This document shows, one piece after another, positions 1-8,508 of a stretch of 64,000 nucleotides of DNA (position 1 is the stretch's first letter; each line of letters starts with the position of its first letter). The DNA comes from Myxococcota bacterium. Its GTDB lineage: Bacteria; Myxococcota_A; UBA796; UBA2385. A program made the translations under genes and the position numbers. The stretch covers positions 512,001 to 576,000 of the forward strand of contig JBIJDH010000002.1 of the NCBI GenBank assembly GCA_044344255.1. Reading direction: 5' to 3'. Below the pieces are notes generated by a model. The model was given only the letters and a program-made list of their open reading frames with translations, was not told the origin of the DNA and did no database searches.

Positions 1-1595
1 TGTCCTTCCTGTTCATCGTCCCGCCCTTGCTGCTCCAGGGCATCGGCGTGGTGATCAAGGTGGGGCGGGAGCGGCGCTTCCTCGCGGAGTCCGGTCAGCT
101 CAATTCTCGGAACGTGCTGGCGAGCGTCCACCGACACCTCCGCATCGTCACGCCGCGCGGCTGGGCCGCCCTCGTCACGGGGCTGTGGTTCGTGGTGCTC
201 GCCCTCTCGGCGAAGTGGGCCAGCCTGGGCTTGCTCGCGGTGCTGAGCCTCTTCTTGTTCTACACCGTGCTCGGCGCCACCTCCTTCCTCTCCACCTTCC
301 AGGTGCAGACCTTCGAGCGCGGCCTCGGCCGCGGCTCATCGGGGATCCGGCGGGAGCTCTCGCCGGCGGTGGTGCTGGCCGGGGAGGAGGCCGAGGAGCG
401 GATGTTGCTGTCGCGGGTGCCCGTCCCGGCCGGCTTCCAGCTCTTGATCGAGGACAACAACCCGCCCGAGCTCGCCACCGAGAGCCGCTACGCCGTCGGC
501 GCCGGTGCCAAGCGAAAGATCGTGACCTTGAGCGGTCGCTTTCGTCGGACACCCCGCGGCCTGCACCGCCTCGGGCCGGCGCAGATCTGGTACCAGGACG
601 CGCTCGGCTTCACGCGGGTGAGCGTCGCCTCGCTGGCCACCGCCGAGCTCAAGGTGCTGCCGCGCTTCCGGCCGCTGGAGATCCTGGAGCCGCCGCGGAG
701 CCGCCTCGAGGCGCCCGACGTGCTCACCAAGCCCCACCGCTTCGCGACCGAGGACCACTTCCGCTTCAAGGAGTATGTGGCCGGAGATGACACCCGGCGC
801 ATCCACTGGCGACTGTCCATGCGCTCCGGTCGCCTTCAGGTCCGCCAGCCGGAGACCCGCGAGACCACCACCCGGCAGGTGGTCCTCCTCCTCGACACCT
901 GGCTGCCCCCGGGCCGGATGCTCGATGACGCCGTGGGAATGGGCAAGATCCTGGACGCGCTCGTGGAGGTCTGGATCAGCCTCGCCTCCGAGCTCCTCGA
1001 TCGGGGAGACCGGGTCACCCTCGTCGGCGCTGTGGACGACGGGCGCGGCAATGTGCGGGTGGAGCGCCTCGAGGGGTCGAGTGACACCCGGCGCTGGCAG
1101 GACATGGGCGCCCGGGCCCGCTGGCAAGGGGTCCTCGATCTCCCCGCCGTCATCGGGCAGATCGGCAAGGAGATCCACGCCGTCGCGCTCACCAGCCGCT
1201 TCTTTGCGCCGCCGCCGGGCAAGGAGCTCGGCGGCCAGGACTTCACCTGGGTCTACCTCCCGCCCCTCGGCTCGCTCGGCAAGCGGGAGCCGCCGGTCTG
1301 GGAGCAGTGGGCGGGCCTCGGCCCCGGCGCGCCCCTGCGGCTGATGTTGCGGATCTTCCGGCTCCCGGGGCCGGCGGGCAGCGACGAGAACGCCTTCGTG
1401 CGGCAGTTCACCGACCTCTACCGCTTGAACAAGGAGGTCTCCGCGCGGCACCGCTTGCGGCAGGTCGCCTTCCGGGAGGGCGCCCGGACCCTCGAGACCC
1501 TCAAGACCCGCGGCGACACCGTCTATCGGCTCGATCCCGGCGCCATCGGCCACCGCCTCGTCGGGCTGGTGTCCGGCGGCAAGGCGGCCCGATGA
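1..1595 (+). CDS. DUF58 domain membrane protein (5' end lies outside the window)
   Basis: Frame is open from base 3. N-terminal TM segments, DUF58 signature 'FKEYVAGDDTRRIHWRLS' and VWA-like 'VVLLLDT'. Confidence 0.85.
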   Translation, partial: SFLFIVPPLLLQGIGVVIKVGRERRFLAESGQLNSRNVLASVHRHLRIVTPRGWAALVTGLWFVVLALSAKWASLGLLAVLSLFLFYTVLGATSFLSTFQVQTFERGLGRGSSGIRRELSPAVVLAGEEAEERMLLSRVPVPAGFQLLIEDNNPPELATESRYAVGAGAKRKIVTLSGRFRRTPRGLHRLGPAQIWYQDALGFTRVSVASLATAELKVLPRFRPLEILEPPRSRLEAPDVLTKPHRFATEDHFRFKEYVAGDDTRRIHWRLSMRSGRLQVRQPETRETTTRQVVLLLDTWLPPGRMLDDAVGMGKILDALVEVWISLASELLDRGDRVTLVGAVDDGRGNVRVERLEGSSDTRRWQDMGARARWQGVLDLPAVIGQIGKEIHAVALTSRFFAPPPGKELGGQDFTWVYLPPLGSLGKREPPVWEQWAGLGPGAPLRLMLRIFRLPGPAGSDENAFVRQFTDLYRLNKEVSARHRLRQVAFREGARTLETLKTRGDTVYRLDPGAIGHRLVGLVSGGKAAR

Positions 1596-3112
1596 GCGCG
1601 GCGGGGGCCGGCCAGGGCGCGCCGAAGCGCCGCTTTACGACCGCCCCGCTCGGGGCGGGCAGCGCCGCGCGCCCGGGGGCCTGGCGGGCGGAGCTCTGGG
1701 AGCAGATCCGCGAGGTGAGCCGCCCGCTGATCACCTACTGGATCTTCCTGGCGACGATGTTCGGCGCCTTCTCGGTGGCGGCGATGCTCGAGGGGCCGAG
1801 CCTCGAGAGCTTCGGCTTCCTTGCCTGCCTCGCCCTCACCACCTTCTCTTGCGTGGCGGTCGGGCAGGCCCTCGCCCTGCTGAGGGTGCGGGATTGGGTG
1901 CTCTTCACGATCTGGGGGCTGACCTGGACCGTCGGCAGCGTGCTCGGGATGATGGGCGCGGTCGCCGTGAGCTTCGTCGCCGCGCCGCTGGCCGTGCTGA
2001 TCTTCTGCTACGTCTTCTTCGGGCCGATGTTCCTCCTGGGCGGGGCCTGGAGCGTCGCCACCAACCGCGCCCTCTACTCCACCTGGGTGCCGATCCTCTA
2101 CGCCTCCGCCTCCGCGATCATCATGGCGGAGCGGAAGGGCAAGGTCGCGACGTGGATGGCGGGCGAGAAGTGGGCGGTCTGGGATGTGTTCACCTTTGGC
2201 GTGCTGGGCGCCGGGATCGCCCTGCTGCTCGCCTTCCTCGTCAGCCGCGAGTCCCATCGCCTGCACCTGTGGCGTCGAAACGAGCGGGGGCTGCTCCGCG
2301 GCTCCGTGAAAGAGGAGGGCGCCGCGCGGCCCCGCCTCTCCTGCCTCGGCTGGCTGATGCTGTGTGTGCTCGCCGGCGGGCTCGCCATCGGGACCGCCGC
2401 GGTGGCCCCCTTCCTCTGGCGCACCGGCCCCTCCGACAAGGGAGAGGAGACCGATCAGCAAGACCCGCAAAAAGACAAACAGAAAGACAAGAAGAAGGAC
2501 AAAAAGAAGGACAAGGGCAAAGACAAGGGGAAGGACAAGAAGAAGGACAAAGGCAAAGACAAGGGGAAGGGCGAGCCCGACAAGAGCTGGCGAGACAAGG
2601 CCAAGCACAAGGTGTCCGACGTCGGGGAGGAGGTGGAGCAGAACCTCGAGCCGGTCGTGCAGCAGGGGGTGGACCTCCTCTCCACGATCATCACGATGCT
2701 GATCCTCGGACTGCTCGCTTTCTTTCTGTTCTATCGGCCGGTCAAGCGCCTGCTCACCATTCGCCACCTCCGCCGCCCGTACTGGGCGCAGCTCCCCACC
2801 GACCGCATCGAGCAGGGCTGGCGGCTCGTGGAGATCGCCCTCGGTGACGCGGGCGTGGAGCCCGTCTCCGGCGAGCCCGCGGTGAGCTACTTCGCGCGGG
2901 CCGAGCCTGCGCTCCACAAGCTCGTGTCGGGCGCTCCGGAGGTGCACGGCCTCTGGGCCGCGGCGCAGATCCGAGACCGGGTGGTCTTCGGCCTCGGCGT
3001 CGGCCCCGACGACCTCGCGCTGATGGACCGGGTGTCGGGTTGGGCCTACGACACGGTGTGGGATCGGCTACAAGACCGCGGGCAGATCAAGGCGCTGTAT
3101 CGCGGGATCTGA
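1592..3112 (+). CDS. Polytopic membrane protein with a Lys/Asp repeat insert and DUF4129-like C-terminus
   Basis: ATGA overlap with the DUF58 stop. About 8 hydrophobic segments, a KDK repeat, then a TM helix and soluble helical tail. Confidence 0.7.
   Translation: MSAAGAGQGAPKRRFTTAPLGAGSAARPGAWRAELWEQIREVSRPLITYWIFLATMFGAFSVAAMLEGPSLESFGFLACLALTTFSCVAVGQALALLRVRDWVLFTIWGLTWTVGSVLGMMGAVAVSFVAAPLAVLIFCYVFFGPMFLLGGAWSVATNRALYSTWVPILYASASAIIMAERKGKVATWMAGEKWAVWDVFTFGVLGAGIALLLAFLVSRESHRLHLWRRNERGLLRGSVKEEGAARPRLSCLGWLMLCVLAGGLAIGTAAVAPFLWRTGPSDKGEETDQQDPQKDKQKDKKKDKKKDKGKDKGKDKKKDKGKDKGKGEPDKSWRDKAKHKVSDVGEEVEQNLEPVVQQGVDLLSTIITMLILGLLAFFLFYRPVKRLLTIRHLRRPYWAQLPTDRIEQGWRLVEIALGDAGVEPVSGEPAVSYFARAEPALHKLVSGAPEVHGLWAAAQIRDRVVFGLGVGPDDLALMDRVSGWAYDTVWDRLQDRGQIKALYRGI
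2470..2572 (+). repeat. Low-complexity coding repeat, 12-bp / 4-aa period (KDK[K/G/Q])
   Basis: Repeated AA(A/G)GACAA(A/G) units encoding KDKQKDKKKDKKKDKGKDKGKDKKKDKGKDKGKG. Confidence 0.9.
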
Positions 3113-3126
3113 CGGTTGGAGGGGGG

Positions 3127-4095
3127 ATGGTCGTGGACGCATCGGTCGTGGACGCATCGGTCGTGGACACACTGGCCCTGGCGCACGGCCCGGAGCTCGT
3201 CGAGCGTGTCGCTGACTTCGGCGGAACGCTGAGCCCAGGGCTCCGACCGACCTTCGAGGCCCTCACCCAGGGTTCGGGTCGCGGGGCGGACGCTCCGTTC
3301 GAGGCCGGGCGCTGGCCGCTCCGCGCGCCAGAGGTGCTGTTGCCGCTGTGGCTGACCGGTGCAGGGAGGTCGGGGTGGTTACGCCTCGACGAAGACGTCC
3401 TGCTCGACATCCTCGAGGCTGCGGTCTTTGGGGCCCTCCACGCCCGCCTGCTCGAGGATGAGTCGGCCGGGGGCGCGCTGGAGCCGAAACGACGGGCCCT
3501 GCTCGGCCGCGCCCTCTTCGCCCGCCACAGCGCGCTGCTCTCCACGGCGGTCGGCTCGCACCCGGGCTTCTGGTCCTTGTTCGAGGAGCGGTGGGCCCGC
3601 GCGGGGGACGCGCTCCTGCTCGATGGGGAGCTCGGAGACCCATCGGCGCCCTTCGAGGCCAGCCTCTTCGAGCGGCTGCTCGACGCCTCCCGCCCCCAGC
3701 TCCTGCCCGGCGCCGCGGTGCTCGTCGTGGCGGGCCGATGGGAGGAGCTCTCCCTCCTGTCGAGCTTCGTGGATCACCTCGTTCGAGGCCACCGGCTCCT
3801 GGAGGACGTAGACGCCCTCCTCTCGGACACAAGCGCCGGCCGCCGCTCCTACGTGAGCGTGCGGGTCGGCGGGCGGCTCGACCTGCGCAGCCTCGTCGGT
3901 GAAGGCAAGCTGGACGCCATCCTGGTCGAGGCCCGCGACGAGATCCGCGCCGCGATGGGCGCCGCTCGGGCCCTGCGGATGACCGAGGCGCTGCCCGTGC
4001 TGTCGGCCCGCATCGAGGAGGCGAGCCGTCGCCAGGAGGCCTTCTACCGGCGGGTGTTCCGCGGCATCCTCGCCGGCGCCAGCCGCCCAAGCTGA
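3127..4095 (+). CDS. Hypothetical all-helical protein, possibly class I isoprenoid synthase-like fold
   Basis: ATG after a G-rich RBS. Two acidic motifs, 'LLEDE' and 'LLEDVDALLSD', spaced roughly like DDxxD motifs but degenerate. Confidence 0.5.
   Translation: MVVDASVVDASVVDTLALAHGPELVERVADFGGTLSPGLRPTFEALTQGSGRGADAPFEAGRWPLRAPEVLLPLWLTGAGRSGWLRLDEDVLLDILEAAVFGALHARLLEDESAGGALEPKRRALLGRALFARHSALLSTAVGSHPGFWSLFEERWARAGDALLLDGELGDPSAPFEASLFERLLDASRPQLLPGAAVLVVAGRWEELSLLSSFVDHLVRGHRLLEDVDALLSDTSAGRRSYVSVRVGGRLDLRSLVGEGKLDAILVEARDEIRAAMGAARALRMTEALPVLSARIEEASRRQEAFYRRVFRGILAGASRPS
3129..3168 (+). repeat. 15-bp tandem repeat, about 2.7 copies
   Basis: GGTCGTGGACGCATC x2 + GGTCGTGGAC, encoding VVDAS-VVDAS-VVD. 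Confidence 0.9.
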
Positions 4096-4124
4096 GGCCG
4101 CCGCAGGCTCCTTCGCGGTGGGCT

Positions 4125-5444
4125 TCAGTCGCCCTCGGCCTCCGTCCAGAACTCTTCGAGCTTCTCGCTCGCGCCGCCGACCCAGGTGTCCAGCATGTTG
4201 CGCGTGCTGCCGATCGAGGACTCCGGGCACTCCCGCCGCGGATCGGCGTGGGCGGCGTCCGAGGTGAGCGCCGACCAGGCCTCCATCCGGGTGAGGAGCG
4301 CCTCGGTGGGGAGCGTGGGCAGGACCTCGGCGAGGATGGCCCGCTGCTCGTCCGCACACTCATCGTCGCTCCAGCACCGCTGGGCGATGACGCCCTGCGG
4401 TCGGCTCCAGCTCATGCCCCAGGCGCTGGCCCGCGTGAAGGCGTAGTCCAGATCGTAGGGGATCAGCCGCGCCCGGCCGTCCTCTGGGTTGAAGTAGACT
4501 CGGTAGTTGTTGGTGTCGAGGACGTAACCGTCTACGTGACCGATCCACTGCTCGGCGAGCATGTACCGATGCAGTTGATCGGGATCAAGCAGCGGATCCA
4601 TCCGCTGGTGGAAGGGCTGATCGGTGTCCCGGAGCGCGTCCGTGATGGCGTGGATGTCGGCGAGGCCGACGTCGCTGCCCTCTTCGAGGGTGAAATTCTC
4701 CTGGGCGCTGTTCGTGAAGTCCGCCATCGCATAGTCCCACTCGCCGTACCAGATGTACTTGCCATCGTAGAGGTTCCCCCCGGGGGAGGGGAGGCGCCGC
4801 TCCAAGAAGGCGTCGTCGGGGAACTCGACGATGACGTAGAGGCCGTACTCTTCACCGTTCACGGTGACCTGCGCGAAGCTGGTGCGGGGCGCGACGACGC
4901 CGAAGGCCTCGAAGATCGCGTAGCCCGTGGGCTCCCGGATGTAGGAGCAGTCCACCACCTCGTTGTTGAGGGCGAGGGTCTCGAGGCCCTGGAAGTCCTG
5001 CCCGGCGTCATACTGGTTGAAGTCGATCTTGAACTTCGGCTTTCCGGTCAGATCGCGGAAGGAGCCGATCTTCCCGCGCAGCCGCACGCCGACCTGGGCC
5101 ACCGCCTCCCCGTCGAGCGTCACGTCGCCCGGGGTGAACTCGTAGGGGGCGGCCGCCAGGGCGGCGAGCGAGGCCTCGTCGAGCTGGATCTCGATCTGGT
5201 GGAGCACGGTGTCGTCGAGGATGGGCGCCGGCGCCGCCCCCAGCCAGTCGGCGGGCTCGTCGGTGGGGAGGGGGCCGCCGCTGTCGGTGCCGGGCTCGCT
5301 GGCGGTGTCGTCGCTCCCGGGCGGGAGCGCCCCGCGCTTGGAGCCGGAGACCGCCCCCGAGCGGCAGCCCACCGCGGTGGTCAGCGCGAGCAGGAGGGCC
5401 GGCAGGCACAGGGCGCTGGAGGAAGACGGGCTTCGCGTTCGCAT
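4125..5444 (-). CDS. CotH kinase family lipoprotein
   Basis: Lipobox 'TAVGC'. CotH motifs 'GVRLRG..SF', 'KPKFKIDFN', 'YGLY..VE', 'HVDGY...NNYRVY', 'IPYDLD'. Confidence 0.88.
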   Translation of the reverse strand: MRTRSPSSSSALCLPALLLALTTAVGCRSGAVSGSKRGALPPGSDDTASEPGTDSGGPLPTDEPADWLGAAPAPILDDTVLHQIEIQLDEASLAALAAAPYEFTPGDVTLDGEAVAQVGVRLRGKIGSFRDLTGKPKFKIDFNQYDAGQDFQGLETLALNNEVVDCSYIREPTGYAIFEAFGVVAPRTSFAQVTVNGEEYGLYVIVEFPDDAFLERRLPSPGGNLYDGKYIWYGEWDYAMADFTNSAQENFTLEEGSDVGLADIHAITDALRDTDQPFHQRMDPLLDPDQLHRYMLAEQWIGHVDGYVLDTNNYRVYFNPEDGRARLIPYDLDYAFTRASAWGMSWSRPQGVIAQRCWSDDECADEQRAILAEVLPTLPTEALLTRMEAWSALTSDAAHADPRRECPESSIGSTRNMLDTWVGGASEKLEEFWTEAEGD

Positions 5445-5503
5445 ACAGGAGGGTAGCCCCGCCGAGGCCGACGGTCACCCCCTTTGCCGCCGCGGAGGTC
5501 ACC

Positions 5504-5542
5504 TTGACGTTGTTCAAACTGTGTGCATGGTTTGTGCGTCAC
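5504..5542 (+). promoter_or_regulatory. Candidate promoter (-35 TTGACG) overlapped by three 11-bp direct repeats of CarH/CarA/LitR operator type
   Basis: TTGTTCAAACT / GTGTGCATGGT / TTGTGCGTCAC, with TGT at 5511, 5522 and 5533. Fits nTGTnnAnnnn (third repeat has one mismatch). Directly upstream of the photolyase. Confidence 0.55.
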
Positions 5543-5565
5543 CCTCCGACCGGCCCGCGGCACCC

Positions 5566-7038
5566 ATGACCCCCGACTCCCGTGTCCTCGTCTTCGACGA
5601 CTCTCTCGCCGTGCAGGCCGATGGGGACTACGTCCTCTACTGGATGGTGGCCAACCGGCGGGCCCGCTACAATTTCGCCCTCCAGCGGGCCAGCGAGGTC
5701 GCACGTCAGCTCGGGCGGCCCCTGCTCGTCGTCGAGCCCCTGCGCGTCGACTACCGCTGGGCGAGCGAGCGGCTCCACGCCGCCGTCCTCCAGGGCATGG
5801 CGGACAACGCGGCCGACTTCGCGGCGGCGGGGGTCGCCTACCACCCCGTGGTCGAGCCCTCTCCGGGCGCGCACGCGGGGATGCTCGCCGCCTTCGCGGA
5901 GCGGGCCTGCGTCGTCATCAGCGACGACAGCCCCGTCCACTTCCTCCCCCGCTGGCGCGCCGCCGCCGCCGCGGCCTGCGGCCGTCGTCTCGAGGCAGTG
6001 GACAGCTACGGCCTCTTCCCGCTGCGGGCGACGCCGGGCGCCTTCGCGACCGCCCACGCCTACCGCCGCTTCTTGCAGGGCGCGATGGGCCCCGAGCTCT
6101 CTCGCTGGCCCGAGGCGGCGCCGCTCTCGGGCCCGCTTGAGGGGCGGGGGGACGGGGAGCGCCTCGCCCGAGGCCCCCGCCTTCGTTGGCCCGCCGCCTC
6201 CCCGGCGCTCCTCCGCGCCGAGCCTGCAGCGTTGGCCGCGCTGCCGATCGACCACACGGTGAAGCCTGTGCAGACCCGATGCGGTGCGTCGGCGGCGCGG
6301 GTCGCACTCCGACACTTCCTGGGCGACGGCCTCGCTCGGTACGGCGAGGATCGCGCCGACGTGTCGGTCGATCCATCGAGCGGCCTCAGCCCCCACCTCC
6401 ACTTCGGGCACATCGGCGTGCACGAGATCGTGGGTGAGGTCCTCCGCGCCTCGGGCGCCACGCCCACCGATCCGAAGGGCCGCGTGACGGGCAAGAAGAC
6501 GGGGTGGTGGGGCCTCCCCGAGGCGGCGGAGCTCTTCCTCGACGAGCTCGTGACCTGGCGGGAGCTCGGGGCCGTGACCGCCACCCACCGCCCCGACGAT
6601 CACGACCGGTACACGGCGGTCCCCGAGTGGGCGCGCGCTGCCCTCGCCGCACGCGCCCTCGACGCTCGGCCCGTCACCTACGACCTCGCCACCCTCGACG
6701 CGGCCCTCACCCACGACGCGCTCTGGAACGCGGCCCAGCGGCAGCTCCGACGGGAGGGGCGCATGCACAACTACATGCGCATGCTGTGGGGCAAGAAGGT
6801 GCTCGAGTGGAGCCCGAGCCCCGAGATCGCCTTCGAGAGCCTCACTGAGCTCAACAACCGCTACGCCCTCGACGGCCGAGACCCGAATTCGGCCTCAGGG
6901 ATCAGCTGGTGCTTTGGGCACTATGATCGGCCCTGGGGGCCGCGTCGGCCGATCTTCGGGACCGTTCGGTATATGTCCAGCGAGAACACCCGCCGAAAGA
7001 TGGACACTCGGAGATACGAACAGACCTACTCCGCTTGA
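5566..7038 (+). CDS. phr: Deoxyribodipyrimidine photolyase, class II-like
   Basis: 'YVLYWM..RR..YNFAL', 'SGLSPHLHFG', 'MHNYMRMLWGKKVLEW', 'NNRYALDGRDPNS'. Confidence 0.9.
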   Translation: MTPDSRVLVFDDSLAVQADGDYVLYWMVANRRARYNFALQRASEVARQLGRPLLVVEPLRVDYRWASERLHAAVLQGMADNAADFAAAGVAYHPVVEPSPGAHAGMLAAFAERACVVISDDSPVHFLPRWRAAAAAACGRRLEAVDSYGLFPLRATPGAFATAHAYRRFLQGAMGPELSRWPEAAPLSGPLEGRGDGERLARGPRLRWPAASPALLRAEPAALAALPIDHTVKPVQTRCGASAARVALRHFLGDGLARYGEDRADVSVDPSSGLSPHLHFGHIGVHEIVGEVLRASGATPTDPKGRVTGKKTGWWGLPEAAELFLDELVTWRELGAVTATHRPDDHDRYTAVPEWARAALAARALDARPVTYDLATLDAALTHDALWNAAQRQLRREGRMHNYMRMLWGKKVLEWSPSPEIAFESLTELNNRYALDGRDPNSASGISWCFGHYDRPWGPRRPIFGTVRYMSSENTRRKMDTRRYEQTYSA

Positions 7039-7074
7039 CCGCATCAAGCTCGACCTCCAACCCAGGCAATCCCC

Positions 7075-8466
7075 ATGACGATCTTCGAGCGCCGACTGTC
7101 CCTCCCGGTCTCCCCCGAGGTGGCCTTCGACTGGCACGCTCGGCCGGGGGCCTTCCAGCGACTGACCCCGCCCTGGCAGGACACCCGGGTCACCGCCCAG
7201 ACGCTGGCTCCCGGCGCCACGACGCTCCTCCAAGACGGCGGCGTGGCGAAGCTCTCGATCCCGGTGGGCCCGATCCGCCTGAGCTGGAAGGCGCTTCACA
7301 GCGGGTATGAGCCCGGGCGCCAGTTCGTGGACACGATGGAGGATGGCCCCTTCTCGCGCTGGGTCCACACCCACCGCTTCGAGCCGGCGCCGGGGGGCTG
7401 CACGCTCATCGATCACATCGACTACGAGCTCGGCGCCGCCGGCCTCTTCGTCAGCGGGATGATCGCCCGCGACCTCGATCGCCTCTTCCGCTTCCGGCAC
7501 ACCCGGACCGCGGAAGACCTCGCCGCGCACGCGCGCTACCCGGGCGGCGGCGCGGTGGCCATCACCGGCGCCACCGGGCTCCTCGGCACGGCCCTCGGCG
7601 CCTTCCTCACCACCGGCGGTCACCGCGTGCTGCGCTTCGGGCGGGCGGGGCGCGGCGGAGACATCGGCTGGGATCCCGCCAAGGGCACCCTCGACAACGA
7701 GGCGCTGCGTGGGGTCGACACCGTCGTGCACCTCGCGGGCGCCTCGATCGCCGAGCGCTGGACGGACGCCCGCAAGCTGGAGGTGATGGAGAGCCGCAAG
7801 CAGGGCACCGCCCTCGTGGCGGGCGCCCTGGCCGAGCTCCGCCGCTCCGGCGGCGCCGCCCCGAAGACCCTCATCAGCGCCTCGGCGGTGGGCCTCTACG
7901 GAGACCGGCAGGACGAGCTCTTGACCGAGGAGAGCGCGCCCGGCCAGGGCTTCGCCGCCGAGGTCTGCGAGGCCTGGGAGGCGGCGACCCGGCCCGCGGA
8001 GGAGGCGGGCGTCCGGGTGGTGCGCCTGCGCATCGGCGTCGTGCTGTCGGGGCAGGGCGGCGCGCTGACCCAGATGTTGCCGCCCTTCCGCGCAGGGGTC
8101 GGCGGGCCGGTGGGCGAGGGGAGACAGTGGCTGCCGTGGATCGCTCAGGATGATGTCCTGGACGCGATCCTCGCCGCGATGAACGAGGAGGGGCTCCGCG
8201 GCGCGGTCAACGCGGTGGCGCCCCAGGGCGCCCGGCAGGCCGACTTCGCCCGCACCCTCGGGGCCGCGCTCGGCCGACCGGCGGTGATGCCCGCGCCCGC
8301 CTTCGCGATCCGCCTCGCCTTCGGCCAGATGGGCGAGGAGCTGCTCCTGGGCGGTCAACGGGTGAGCCCGGCGAGCCTGAACGGGGTCGGCTTCTCCTGG
8401 CGCCGGCCCGATCTCCGCGCGGCCTTGGACTTCGAGCTCGGCGCCAAGGGCCCTTCCCAGGGGTAG
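7075..8466 (+). CDS. TIGR01777 family NAD-dependent epimerase-like protein with N-terminal SRPBCC domain
   Basis: SRPBCC region 'F.WH.RPGAF.RLTPPW', 'GPFSRWVHTHRF'. Rossmann 'ITGATGLLG', 'ASAVGLYG', 'WLPWI', 'GQRVSP'. Confidence 0.92.
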   Translation: MTIFERRLSLPVSPEVAFDWHARPGAFQRLTPPWQDTRVTAQTLAPGATTLLQDGGVAKLSIPVGPIRLSWKALHSGYEPGRQFVDTMEDGPFSRWVHTHRFEPAPGGCTLIDHIDYELGAAGLFVSGMIARDLDRLFRFRHTRTAEDLAAHARYPGGGAVAITGATGLLGTALGAFLTTGGHRVLRFGRAGRGGDIGWDPAKGTLDNEALRGVDTVVHLAGASIAERWTDARKLEVMESRKQGTALVAGALAELRRSGGAAPKTLISASAVGLYGDRQDELLTEESAPGQGFAAEVCEAWEAATRPAEEAGVRVVRLRIGVVLSGQGGALTQMLPPFRAGVGGPVGEGRQWLPWIAQDDVLDAILAAMNEEGLRGAVNAVAPQGARQADFARTLGAALGRPAVMPAPAFAIRLAFGQMGEELLLGGQRVSPASLNGVGFSWRRPDLRAALDFELGAKGPSQG

Positions 8467-8508
8467 ACTGCGCCGACCCTTCCACCCGGATCCTCCGTGG
8501 AGCTGTCG

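Noticed and set aside
1307..1591. Upstream extensions in the ORF track (also 5209, 14763, 23843, 34122, 46438, 48439, 56374)
   Set aside because: They overlap neighbouring genes or intergenic DNA. Downstream starts with stop/start coupling, an RBS or a signal peptide fit better.
5504..5517. FNR/CRP-like palindrome TTGAC-N4-TTCAA
   Set aside because: Matches only 8/10 of the FNR consensus. A -35 box plus 11-bp direct repeats fits the photolyase context better. Not fully excluded.
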